Positions 1 to 9,055 of a stretch of DNA of 64,000 nt are shown here, piece by piece. Below the pieces are notes generated by a model, which saw nothing but the letters and a program-made list of their open reading frames with translations, had not been told where the DNA came from and did not search any database. Numbering within the stretch: position 1 is the first letter of the stretch; the number at the start of each line of letters is the position of its first letter. The position numbers and the translations under genes were made by a program. The DNA is from Acidobacteriota bacterium (GTDB lineage Bacteria; Acidobacteriota; Thermoanaerobaculia; Multivoradales; UBA5704): the NCBI GenBank assembly GCA_034667225.1, contig JAXDKG010000055.1, forward strand, positions 121,104 through 185,103, read 5' to 3'.

Positions 1-132
1 TGGCGATGCGGGCCGAATCCGGACTACGAGAGCTGCCCCGTCTCGAACAAACTCCCCGAAACCGCCCCGCCGGCCGAGTTCGCGGTCTGGTTGATGCAGC
101 AGGAGGCCGCAGCTCCTTCTGCCTGTCTCTAA
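1..132 (+). CDS. 3' end of a small Cys-containing protein (partial)
   Basis: Frame 1 is open from the window edge to TAA at 130-132 (WRCGPNPDYESCPVSNKLPETAPPAEFAVWLMQQEAAAPSACL) with GC3-rich codons; converges on the hairpin at 161-189. Confidence 0.4.
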   Translation, partial: WRCGPNPDYESCPVSNKLPETAPPAEFAVWLMQQEAAAPSACL

Positions 133-160
133 GCTGACTACCACCTACACCGACTCAGGC

Positions 161-189
161 AAAAAAACGGGGGCGCTCGCGCGCCCCCG
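161..189 (-). terminator. Rho-independent terminator
   Basis: Minus strand reads CGGGGGCGC-GCGA-GCGCCCCCG followed by T7, downstream of the 217..645 gene. Confidence 0.85.
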
Positions 190-216
190 GGCATCTCAAG
201 CTATACTTTCCTCCTC

Positions 217-645
217 CTAGGTCGAGCCATCGGTCTCGGGAGCGGCCGTCTGAGTGGGGTTGGGGCCCGGCTCAGACGGCTTTTTGTTGGGCTGCACGAT
301 CTCCGGGGTCGGTTCCGGAGTCACTCGCGCCTTCGTCTTCGTACGGCGAGGATTGAGCTGGAACAGCTTCAGCTTCTCCGCGTCGCGGCCGTAGTGGCCG
401 CGGATGAGGTCGTGGAGCCTGACCGCCAAGGCGTTGCCACGCTTCACATGGTCCTCCAGGGTGCGGGTGCCCTCCCGGGCCTGCACCAATCCGGCCGCCT
501 GCACGTTCAGCGTGTTCCGCAGCCCGTTCTCCTCGTTCTCGAGCTCGGCCCGCGTGGGCTCCAGGAAGGCCAGCGCGGGATCGGCGGCGATGTTGGTCTC
601 CAGCTCGTTCCAGTGCCTCAGGTAGTACTCGTATGCTCTTGCCAT
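217..645 (-). CDS. Helical hypothetical protein; paralog of 48987..49382
   Basis: AGGAG RBS; amphipathic helices; shares W..L...I.A, G..L...L...(I/L)+..(Y/L)G...EKL..F.(L/V).P.R and a Pro-rich tail with 48987..49382. Confidence 0.75.
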   Translation of the reverse strand: MARAYEYYLRHWNELETNIAADPALAFLEPTRAELENEENGLRNTLNVQAAGLVQAREGTRTLEDHVKRGNALAVRLHDLIRGHYGRDAEKLKLFQLNPRRTKTKARVTPEPTPEIVQPNKKPSEPGPNPTQTAAPETDGST

Positions 646-673
646 CTTTCTCTCCTTTCTCTTTCTCTGTGGT

Positions 674-979
674 TCAGCCGATCAGTTCGGCCAGGTGGAA
701 CACGGGATCGGTGAGGCCGCCCGTGCAACCACGCACGGGATGGCCGGTGAGGGTGACGACGACCTTGCTTCCATCGAGGCCGATCGTCACCGGCTGATTC
801 TGCACAGACGCGAGCCTCCAGACCTGGGAGGCGAACGACTTCGCCCCCTTCAAGCTGGCGTGCTCCCGGACGCGCTCGATCCCACGGCCATCCGGCCGCA
901 GGCTCCATTTGGGGAGACGTGCGAGCATCTCCTGCACGCGCTCCGGCTTCAACTCCAACTTCTCCGGCAACTTGTCCAT
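674..979 (-). CDS. Pterin-4-alpha-carbinolamine dehydratase (PCD/DCoH)-like protein, degenerate
   Basis: LPKW...IER...A.SF..QV..LA...N...V.VTLT.H...GGLT..F.LA pattern of the PCD fold; the HHP motif is replaced by NQP; AGGAG RBS. Confidence 0.65.
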   Translation of the reverse strand: MDKLPEKLELKPERVQEMLARLPKWSLRPDGRGIERVREHASLKGAKSFASQVWRLASVQNQPVTIGLDGSKVVVTLTGHPVRGCTGGLTDPVFHLAELIG

Positions 980-1029
980 CTACTTCTCCTTTCGGAACAT
1001 CCGGGCCTTCATGGCACCGGAAGATCGGT

Positions 1030-2151
1030 TCAAAGCTTCTTGAGGATCGCCAACGGTCGGCGGATGAGATCCATGGACTCCATGGCGGCCCTCTCCAGGT
1101 CCCGGCCCTCCCGGGCCGCCGCGCCGTAATCGTTGAGCGCCAGATCCGCGCGCACCTGCTCGAAAGAGACGGGGAAGGCCCGCCTCGAGGCGTCGATCAG
1201 CTCCCGGATGCGCGGTTCCTGATCCATCGCGACATACACGCGCGCCAGGTCGAGCGAACAGAGCGCCGCGTCCAGCAGCCTCCGCTGGAGGAAGAGCCGC
1301 AGCCGGACACTGCTCAGCCGGCCGGCCGCCTCCCCATGCTCGCCGAGCAGGAACGCGAGCCGCCCCTCCAGCCAGTCGAGCTCCAGGAGGCTTCTGGGAT
1401 CGGGCCCGATGTCGGCAGCATGGCCCGGCGCCCGGCTCTCCTCCCTCAACCGGCGGGCCCCCTCGGCCCTACCCAGCGCCGCCAGGCTGAGGGCCATCCC
1501 CAGGCAGCAGCGCGCCGCCAGGGTCGGAGAACACTCCGGCGAGAGCTCGCGAGACAACAGCACGCGGGCCTGACCGAAAAGCCGGCTTGCCCTCTCCGCG
1601 TCGTTCTCCCGCAACGCTAGGAAGCCGAGCCGGCAGAGGCACGTGCCCTCGGCCTGGGCGGCCCGCCTCCCGCGGAAGACGTCCACGGCGTGCCACAACA
1701 GGTCCGCGGCCTCGTCGAGACGGCCCTGCTCCTCCCGCAGGCATGCCAGCCTCTGGCTATAGAAGCCGCGCTCCTCCGAACCCGGTATCAGCGCGGACGC
1801 CGCTCTCTCGAACCGGGCCTCGGCGCCCAGATGGTCCCCCGACAGCCGCCGGGCATTCGCCTGCAAGCTGTAGGAACGCGCCAGGATCAGGCCGGCGTGC
1901 GGGACCGGGTGCCCCGGCTCGGGCTGATCCACGATCCACTCCGCCAGCTCGGCCAGCTCCTCGGCTTTCGTGGGCGAGACCTCCTCGAAACGCTCGCTCT
2001 CGGCGATCAGCAACTCGGCCAGGTCAAGACTGCGGAAACGCTCCTCCTGCACCAGCTCGAGACGCTCGGAATCCTCCGTCCCCAGCAGCTCGTTCATGAG
2101 CTGCCGGACCTCCACATCGTTTTTCGGCTCGACAACAGCACTACTTGCCAT
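1030..2151 (-). CDS. TPR-like alpha-solenoid protein (no HTH)
   Basis: Start refined to ATG 2151 behind GAGGAG; TPR-like repeats; WLEGRLA...G...EA...DAAL..LDLA matches the C-terminal region of 2851..4305. Confidence 0.75.
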   Translation of the reverse strand: MASSAVVEPKNDVEVRQLMNELLGTEDSERLELVQEERFRSLDLAELLIAESERFEEVSPTKAEELAELAEWIVDQPEPGHPVPHAGLILARSYSLQANARRLSGDHLGAEARFERAASALIPGSEERGFYSQRLACLREEQGRLDEAADLLWHAVDVFRGRRAAQAEGTCLCRLGFLALRENDAERASRLFGQARVLLSRELSPECSPTLAARCCLGMALSLAALGRAEGARRLREESRAPGHAADIGPDPRSLLELDWLEGRLAFLLGEHGEAAGRLSSVRLRLFLQRRLLDAALCSLDLARVYVAMDQEPRIRELIDASRRAFPVSFEQVRADLALNDYGAAAREGRDLERAAMESMDLIRRPLAILKKL

Positions 2152-2355
2152 GTCAATCTCCTCTTCAGCAAAGATGCATCCTGAAGGCTCTGCGGCCAAT
2201 CACTGATGCCGCGAGGCCAGAAATCTTGCTTCTGGACCTATCTTACGACCGAGGATTGGAATCTGTCTAGGGAAATTTCTGCGGTTTCGGAAGGAGATGC
2301 CGGGATGTGGAGCAGAGCGCTACATCTATGGTCGAAGGTGACTAGAGCTTAGCGC

Positions 2356-2724
2356 TCATTCCGGCGACTTCCTCTTCTTTGGCTTGCGTTGCAGGGTGAT
2401 CTCGTGGACCTTCAGCATGCGGTCCAGGAACTCGAGGACTCCGCTGCGCAGTTCCTGGGGAAGACCTTCGAGCCTGGGGACGAAGGCTTCGACCTCGCTG
2501 GCGGGGCCGCCCCCAGTGATCAGGAAGTCGGTGGTCGATCCAAGGGCTTCGGCGAGGCGGCCCAGCATTTCGAGCCTCGGCTCATAGGCCCCGCGCTCGT
2601 ACTTGCTGATCGTGGCCGCTGTCGAGCCCACCCGGGCGGCAAGCTCGCCCTGGCTCAACTCCCGCCGGTTGCGCAGTTGAAGGAGTCGTTGGCCCAACAT
2701 TTCGGACAGAGGTGACGTAGGCAT
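2356..2724 (-). CDS. XRE-family helix-turn-helix regulator
   Basis: LGQRLLQLRNRRELSQGELAARVGSTAATISKYERGAYEPRLEMLGRLAEALGSTTDFL is a typical HTH_3; start is 2724 or 2700. Confidence 0.85.
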   Translation of the reverse strand: MPTSPLSEMLGQRLLQLRNRRELSQGELAARVGSTAATISKYERGAYEPRLEMLGRLAEALGSTTDFLITGGGPASEVEAFVPRLEGLPQELRSGVLEFLDRMLKVHEITLQRKPKKRKSPE

Positions 2725-2850
2725 TCGAAGAGGATGCCTCGAAGCCAGGAAAGGCCAGAGGGTTGGTAATGGAAATCTGGGAATCTTCCAATCCGGCAAG
2801 CCGGGATACAATTGGACCTAGCTGAACCCTGAATCCCTGGAGGCGCCCCG

Positions 2851-4305
2851 ATGACCTGTCCGCCCGAGGCGCGGCCGCTTGTCGTCCTGCTGCTGGCCGC
2901 CATGAAGGACCTCACCCTGACGCAGATCGGGCAACGGATCGGTATGGAGGCGAAGACCGTCTCCTACCACCTCACCAAGGGGTCCCCTCTCACCGACGAG
3001 CAGTTCGAGCTGCTTCTGCAGGGAGTCGAGGCCACTCCCGGTGACGTTGCCGCGGCCATGATCTGCTACGAGGCGCTGGTGCCCGATCCGGCGCTGACGC
3101 CGCAGGAGAGGGACATCGTCGAAACGGAAGTTCGGGAAGTCGCCGGGTGGTTCCGCGGAATCCTGGCCGAGGCCGTCTCCCTCTCCCGCGAGGTGCCGCC
3201 GCTGGACGAGTACCCCCGTCCCGCCGAGGCCGAGGCCGCCCGCCACCTGGCCGGAATCCGGCTCCTGTACCTCAAGCAGCTGCCCCAGGCCAACCGGCTG
3301 CCCGTCATGAGAGCGGCCCGCGAGCTGCAAACCTGGGCCCTCTGCGAGCGGATCGCCGAGGAGTCGGTGCAGGCGGCTTCGAGGGACCTGAGTGAGGCGT
3401 TCCACTGGGCGGATCTCGCCCGGCAGACTGCTCTCTTGGTGGAGGGGCCGGACGGCTGGCGCACTCGGCTCATGGCGTATGCGGCCGCGGTCTTCGCCAA
3501 CACGCTGCGCGTCGCCGGCAAGCTGCAGGATGCCGACGAAGCCATGAAAGAGGCCAGGCGCCTCTGGGGCGACGGCTCCGATCCGGACTACATCCTCGAT
3601 CCGGGGCGCCTGCTCGACCTGGAAGCTTCGCTGCGCCGCGCCCAGCGCCGGTTCAAGGATGCCATCATCACCCTCGACGCGGCTCTCCTCGTGAGCCGCG
3701 CCCCCGCCCGCATCCTCATCAAGAAGGGCTTCACCCTGGAAGTCATGGGCGATTACGAGGGAGCCGTCGAAGCCCTGCGCGAAGCCGAGCCCCGGCTCGA
3801 CAAGCGCTCCGAGCCCCGGCTCTGGTACAGCCAGCGCTTCAACCTCGCTGTGAACTTCAGCCATCTCGGCCGGCACACGGAAGCCAGCGACCTTCTGGAG
3901 CAGGTCCGCGAGATCGCCATCGACCTGCGGGACGAAATCTTTCTGCTCCGCGTGACCTGGCTGGACGGCCGGATCGCCGCCGGCCTCGGCCGGCCGGAGG
4001 ACGCCCGCCTGCTGCTGGATCAGTCCCGGAGGGGGTTTGCCGCCAAGGAGATGTTCTACGACGTCGCGCTAGCCCTGTTGGAGCATGCGGGCCTGCTCCT
4101 GGATGAGGGCCGGACGGCCGAGGTCCTGGCGCTGAACCTGCGCGAGGTGTTTCAGTCCCAAGAGGTGCACGAAGCGGCCCTCTCCGCCCTGCGCCTCTTC
4201 CTGGAAGCGATCGCGCGAGAGGAGGCCACGGCGGAGCTGGCCTACCGCATCCTGGCCTTTCTCTTCCGGGCCCGGCACGACCCGGTCCTCCGCTTCAAGT
4301 CATGA
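2851..4305 (+). CDS. HTH + TPR-repeat regulator
   Basis: GGAGG RBS; N-terminal HTH (LTLTQIGQRIGMEAKTVSYH) followed by multiple TPR-like helical repeats. Confidence 0.8.
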   Translation: MTCPPEARPLVVLLLAAMKDLTLTQIGQRIGMEAKTVSYHLTKGSPLTDEQFELLLQGVEATPGDVAAAMICYEALVPDPALTPQERDIVETEVREVAGWFRGILAEAVSLSREVPPLDEYPRPAEAEAARHLAGIRLLYLKQLPQANRLPVMRAARELQTWALCERIAEESVQAASRDLSEAFHWADLARQTALLVEGPDGWRTRLMAYAAAVFANTLRVAGKLQDADEAMKEARRLWGDGSDPDYILDPGRLLDLEASLRRAQRRFKDAIITLDAALLVSRAPARILIKKGFTLEVMGDYEGAVEALREAEPRLDKRSEPRLWYSQRFNLAVNFSHLGRHTEASDLLEQVREIAIDLRDEIFLLRVTWLDGRIAAGLGRPEDARLLLDQSRRGFAAKEMFYDVALALLEHAGLLLDEGRTAEVLALNLREVFQSQEVHEAALSALRLFLEAIAREEATAELAYRILAFLFRARHDPVLRFKS

Positions 4306-4518
4306 CCCCTTGGCGCAGCCGTCGGGATCTGCCCCGCAACCCTCATCGTGCTGCAACTGCGGTACCGGGCGGCAGCGGCCGTCCGGGTCTGCCCCGCAAC
4401 CTTCGTCCGGGGACGACTCGCTCCAGACCGTGGAGAGGAAGGACCATAACGTGTCGAGCAGCGACGGTTGGCTGACGAGGGAGCCGATGAGGGTGAGGGC
4501 GATGACGGTTCTGCGCAT
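4300..4518 (-). CDS. 72-aa secreted peptide with two DEGCGADPDG repeats
   Basis: AGGAG RBS before ATG 4518; signal-like N-terminus MRRTVIALTLIGSLVSQPS; exact decapeptide duplicated with synonymous codon differences. Confidence 0.8.
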   Translation of the reverse strand: MRRTVIALTLIGSLVSQPSLLDTLWSFLSTVWSESSPDEGCGADPDGRCRPVPQLQHDEGCGADPDGCAKGS

Positions 4519-4638
4519 CGGGGCGATCTCCTGAGCGGGCGCTGGCGGCGGACCTCCGCGGCCCGCTCCTAAGGAAAAGAGTGCTTTGGAGGGAGCAGTC
4601 TGGGAAAAATCCCAGATTTTGTCTACCAGGGGGTCGAA

Positions 4639-5370
4639 ATGGACCGAGAGCACCGGCTGGCGCGCCTCTTCCGGGCGCTCACTGACAAGACACAGCAGGA
4701 TCTCGCCAAACAGCTCGGCATCGAGAAGGGGACCCTGACGAATTGCGAGAGCGGCAAGCTCAAGCCCTCGTCCGCCCTCCTGGACCGGATGGCCGAGGCC
4801 GCCGGCATCACGGTCGACCAGGGGGACGAGCTCCTGCAGCTCCACGACACTCTCAGCCGGACCCCGCAGAGGGTGGGCCGCGACCCCGAAGCCCTCTTCG
4901 CCGACCTCGGAGAACCGCTCCGCACCCGGGCCCACCGAGCCTTCCAGAGGCTCCTCATCCTGCGCCTCCCCGACACCCCGCCCCGAGCGGAAGACCGCAT
5001 CCCCGCCAAGGAGCTGTTCGCCAACCTCGAGAAGCTGACCCCCGACCAGCGGATCGCGGTGGTCCGAATCGCCACCGAATACCAGACCTGGGCCGTCTGT
5101 GAGCTAGCGGTCGAGAGATCCCTGGCGGGGGGCGGGGAGGCGGAGACTTGGGCCGAGTTGGCGGTGGAGATCTCGGAGTACGTGGGCGGGGGGAAGGAGC
5201 GGCAGAACCGGGTCCGGGGTTATGCAATGGCGGCGAAAGCCAAGGCTTTGCTGGGGGCGGGGAAGATTAAGGAGGCGGCGGGAGTGTCGCAGGAGGCTTG
5301 GAAGTTGTGGGCGGCGGGGGTGGATGGGGAGGGATTGCTGGAGGGTGGGCGGGTGGGGTTGGAGACCTAG
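4639..5370 (+). CDS. XRE HTH protein; C-terminally shorter paralog of 2851..4305
   Basis: TQQDLAKQLGIEKGTLTNCESG HTH; EYQTWAVCE vs ELQTWALCE and EAWKLWAAG.D...LLE.GR vs EARRLWGDG.D...ILD.GR. Confidence 0.8.
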   Translation: MDREHRLARLFRALTDKTQQDLAKQLGIEKGTLTNCESGKLKPSSALLDRMAEAAGITVDQGDELLQLHDTLSRTPQRVGRDPEALFADLGEPLRTRAHRAFQRLLILRLPDTPPRAEDRIPAKELFANLEKLTPDQRIAVVRIATEYQTWAVCELAVERSLAGGGEAETWAELAVEISEYVGGGKERQNRVRGYAMAAKAKALLGAGKIKEAAGVSQEAWKLWAAGVDGEGLLEGGRVGLET

Positions 5371-5425
5371 TGGGAGCCGTGGCAGTACCTTATCCCGGCC
5401 CGAAACCTAACGTTCCCTGAGTTCG

Positions 5426-7180
5426 TTATGCGTAACTGCCGAAAAAATGCCGCTCCGTCTTCATCAGGGCAATGGGAGGTGCGCCGTTCTTCAGCATTCT
5501 CGTCTTGGCGACGTGCGCCAGAAAATTCAATAGATTGGCGAGTTCCTTGGAGTTAAATCGTGACCCCGCTACAATAAAATACTGCCCATTGCCGAGGTCT
5601 ACTTGATACTTTTGGTCCCAACCTTCCCCTGCTTTGAAGACGCGACTGGCGAAGTCCTCATACCCTATGAAGCCGAAGCGCGGGCCGGAAGTGATACTTG
5701 TTGAGAAATAGAAGCCTTTGTCGCCGAACAGAAAGCCCTGCGCGCCAGAGCCGAGGACCGTGGCATCGAACATGGCGAAGATGCGCTCTCTGCTCTGTAG
5801 ATGCACAGACTTCCTAGCATTATCAAGCTTTGACTTAGGAATGATGTCGGGTTCCAAATAAAGCCGCTCCCTTTGGCCATCGGTTAGGTTGTACGACTTC
5901 AACGCATCTAGGATCTCCTTATCCATTCCGAGTAGAGCTCGCGTCTTTGCCTTTACGTAGCTCGCAATCTCTCCAACACTCTCCAGCCGCTCCCAGTCCT
6001 TTCCCGCTATATTAATACCAAATTCTGACTGTAGGCTATTTACTAGACGCGAGCGCGCAATGCCCTCTCGAATCTCCGTTTGGGGGGTAATTGTCTTGGC
6101 GTCGACCTTGAGGATTCGGCTCACCAGCGCCACAACTTTCCCAAACTCAGTCTCGGGAACGGCGGCCCTAGTTGGCGCGCCCTCCCGCTGTTGTGCATAT
6201 GCGGTGTTGAGGAAGGAGAGAGTCCCCCAAATATCCAAACTCGGTGCCGGCTGAAATAGTGGAGTTTGGTTGGGCCTTAGATACACGATTTGTCGCCTGT
6301 TCAGAAGAATTGACAATAATGTTATTCTAACTGGATAACGCTTCTTGTTCAGTTCAAAGTTCAACTTGACCCCGCGCAGGGGTATCTTCGATTCCAGAGG
6401 AGCGGCCCAGTAACCTTTATCCCTGAGATTGACCGTGATGTCATTATTGTCAACCAAGTAAACGACGGATCCATCGCGGAATGGCCCTGACTCGCCACCA
6501 TCTTCCTCCTTGATGATGCACTCACCAATGATAAAGTTACGGGCTTGCGCAGTGTAGATCAGTATTACCGCAATCAGCACGAGGGCTACGCGCACCCAGC
6601 GGGGAGTATTCTTCAAAACTTTGATCAGGAGCTGACTAACTGGCTCGCGTTTTATCTTTATTGGCTTGGTTGTAGGTACGGAGGCGGGCGGGAATCCCTT
6701 CAGCCTCGGTGCGGTAACGGTCGAAGGGTTCTGACTCTTTAGCTTTTCAAGGCTATCCAACAGCTTCGGCACGATGGTTGAAACATTATCGGGCAAAACT
6801 TCGACTGTGTGCGCTGCACCGATGATCATACGCCAATTGCCGCGCTCCGATTGGAGTTCGGCGTGGGAGATCCCGTAGCGAATAGGAAGGAAGTACTTGT
6901 GAGCCTCATAGGCTCGTTGCACTTCCGTAATTACTGGTTCGGAGACGAGCGATACTCGCGAGATCACGACCAGAAAAGCAAATGAACTATCGATCGCTTC
7001 ATCGATCTCTTCGAGATAGGAGCGACCCGGTGTTCCACCGTTCTCCTCATAGCACCAAGTGCTGTAGCCTCCAGTTCGAAGGGCTTCTGCAAGCTCAAGG
7101 GCGATCTCAGCGTCCTCTTCTGCGTGGCTGATGAAGATCGAGAATTCAGGTGGCTCCTTCTTGGTGGTTGCATCCTGCAT
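5426..7180 (-). CDS. TIR-domain membrane protein with internal acyl-carrier-like domain
   Basis: Start refined to ATG 7180 behind GAGGAG; IFISHAEED...FLVVIS..S..SEPVITEV TIR motif; TM helix VRVALVLIAVILIYTA; ACP-like segment; lower GC than the flanks. Confidence 0.8.
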   Translation of the reverse strand: MQDATTKKEPPEFSIFISHAEEDAEIALELAEALRTGGYSTWCYEENGGTPGRSYLEEIDEAIDSSFAFLVVISRVSLVSEPVITEVQRAYEAHKYFLPIRYGISHAELQSERGNWRMIIGAAHTVEVLPDNVSTIVPKLLDSLEKLKSQNPSTVTAPRLKGFPPASVPTTKPIKIKREPVSQLLIKVLKNTPRWVRVALVLIAVILIYTAQARNFIIGECIIKEEDGGESGPFRDGSVVYLVDNNDITVNLRDKGYWAAPLESKIPLRGVKLNFELNKKRYPVRITLLSILLNRRQIVYLRPNQTPLFQPAPSLDIWGTLSFLNTAYAQQREGAPTRAAVPETEFGKVVALVSRILKVDAKTITPQTEIREGIARSRLVNSLQSEFGINIAGKDWERLESVGEIASYVKAKTRALLGMDKEILDALKSYNLTDGQRERLYLEPDIIPKSKLDNARKSVHLQSRERIFAMFDATVLGSGAQGFLFGDKGFYFSTSITSGPRFGFIGYEDFASRVFKAGEGWDQKYQVDLGNGQYFIVAGSRFNSKELANLLNFLAHVAKTRMLKNGAPPIALMKTERHFFGSYA

Positions 7181-7708
7181 CTCATCTCTCCTCTCTAGCT
7201 TCTGATTGGGAGGCCCTTCCAGTAAAGGGGAATTTTTTCTTGACTTTCCTAATAGGAGCAAGGGGGTTGAGGACTCAAGCTGGTACAGTCCATGATCGTC
7301 GAGGGTTGTTATCATCCTACGCTGCTTTCGTATAAGCGTCAAGTAAGTCTTTGCCGTAAGAGCGCTTGGCATCGGGGATGACAACGGTGAACGATCAGGC
7401 TCGCACGAAGGGGAAGCCCGACGGGAAAGCATCTGTTGGTAACCTAGCTGCGGCCCGAAAGGCCGCCCCTCCTGCGCCCCTTCAGGGCTCCGTGTCAAAG
7501 ACGCCCGATCTTAGGTGCCTATCGAGTCTTGAAGCTATTAGCGAAGAGGAGATTTCCTGGCTGTGCATGGCCTCAAACAGGCCTTCAGAGCCCTGTCGCC
7601 GAAGTCGAGGACAGACCTCTCCCTAAATGGGGGGTTCTCCATCTCTTGGCGAACCCTCCGGCTCGCCGCAATGGAACAGCAGCGACTTCTCGGTCCGGTT
7701 CTAGGGCC

Positions 7709-8109
7709 TCACTCCTGGGGATAGGCAGCAAGATCTTGACGGTTCCTGCGAATGACCTCTTTCAAGCGCTCGTGGTCATGGTTGAGCGTCGCCGCGACCA
7801 AGAGGATGACTCCCACCGGTTCCTCGGGAGTCGGATCGATCCATCGCACAATGACTCGCATGGGGTAGGTACAACGATACTCGAATAGCTTTACCTGCGA
7901 GGAATCCACGTTGCGCACGTGGTAGGCAGAAGGCCTCCACCGCTGCAGGGCAGGATCATGCGTCGGATGGTTGCAGGCGGCCAAATCGACAACAAGCGCC
8001 GCCAGCTCCGAGAGCCTCCCTAATCGGTCTGACTCCGAAAGACGCTGAAGCGACCTTTTGAATCGCGATCACCCCAGAAAAGATCAAACTCCCGGACCGG
8101 TCTAGGCAT
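7709..8109 (-). pseudogene. Frameshifted RelE/ParE-like toxin
   Basis: ATG 8109 overlaps the Panacea 3' end; MPRPVREFDLFWGDRD continues in another frame as FKRSLQRLSESDR...KLFEYRCTYPMRVIVRW...HDH; one missing base near 8061-8063 would give a 133-aa ORF. Confidence 0.55.
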
Positions 8110-8701
8110 TTAGGGCGCGCAGGAAGTGTCCCATCGGGTCGTCGTTGATGGGTGCACTCCAACGCGACCGGTCGTCCAGATCTTCCGTGATGATCCGGGC
8201 GCAGAGGCGTTGCCAGTTCGGGCTCAGACGGAGATAGGCGTCCTCGTCCAAGGAGGCGGAGTGATTGGAGCCCCACTCTTGCGGCGGGATCTCGGTGTTC
8301 ATCTGCTTGGTCAGATAGCCCAGCGCCTCCGGAGGCATGTTTCCGTAGAGATCCGCCACGGAATCGACGACGGCGACCTGCTCCGGGGATAGAGGATCGA
8401 GCCGCGCCGAACCGGCTAGAGAGATCTTCTTGCCGCCTTCCGAGTAGGCGTGTCGCGATACCCTGAAAAGATCGTTCCCGTCCGCTTCGTGCTCGATGAA
8501 GCGGTAGACCTCGCGGGCGACGACACCATGCTCCCAAGTCTGGTAGGTGGCATTGGCGATAGGCTGGCCCAGCACGTTCTTGGCCACGACATCGACTAGG
8601 TAAGGGAGTTTCACGGCTTGGGTCTTGAACAGAGGTCCGAGCCGCTCGCAGAGACGTGCAAGCACTGCCGTAAGGCGTGGGTTCATTCCCGTCTCAGGCA
8701 T
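8102..8701 (-). CDS. Panacea (DUF4065/SocA-like) antitoxin
   Basis: KTQAVKLPYLVD...GQPI....YQTWEHGVV.REVY and later L...T.....EW match the DUF4065 pattern; GGAGG RBS before ATG 8701. Confidence 0.75.
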   Translation of the reverse strand: MPETGMNPRLTAVLARLCERLGPLFKTQAVKLPYLVDVVAKNVLGQPIANATYQTWEHGVVAREVYRFIEHEADGNDLFRVSRHAYSEGGKKISLAGSARLDPLSPEQVAVVDSVADLYGNMPPEALGYLTKQMNTEIPPQEWGSNHSASLDEDAYLRLSPNWQRLCARIITEDLDDRSRWSAPINDDPMGHFLRALNA

Positions 8702-8910
8702 TTTGACCCTCCTCTCTGCTGATATGCTCGGGCAGCGCACCGTAAACCGGGCGTAAGAATCCTCTCACACTCAGACAACGGAACGCAAGCAAGCAGGTTG
8801 AATCTTAGACTCTGCCTCGTCCCCAAGGCAGTTTCCCCTGGGAGTTCCTCATGCCCCTGCGGGGCACCCAAAATTGGGGAAAAATGTCGCAGAGCGCCCT
8901 TTTTCAGAGC

Positions 8911-8959
8911 AGCGCTGGCGTCTCGCCGGCTTGTCCGGATGAATCGGCGGAACGCCGGC
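8911..8959. repeat. Partial copy of the REP-like element at 54019-54116
   Basis: AGCGCTGGCGTCTCGCCGGCTTGTCCGGA..ATCGGCGGAACGCCGGC is near-identical to 54025-54074. Confidence 0.7.
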
Positions 8960-9055
8960 CATTCCAGGGAAAGTGCTTTCGGGCGCAGGCGGAGTGGCTT
9001 GGCCCGAACGGCGCCTAGGCCGTTGGCGTGCCTGTCTGTGGCGCTCCCTTTGGAG

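Noticed and set aside
4300-4518. DEGCGADPDG peptide as a substrate of the ATP-grasp ligase
   Set aside because: The repeat has no Thr/Ser/Lys donor, the ORF has a Sec-like signal, and the ligase has its own adjacent precursor.
5100-5370. Abrupt G-rich skew at the 3' end of the second HTH gene (possible G-quadruplex)
   Set aside because: The frame stays homologous to the paralog, and codon choice can explain it without invoking a structure.
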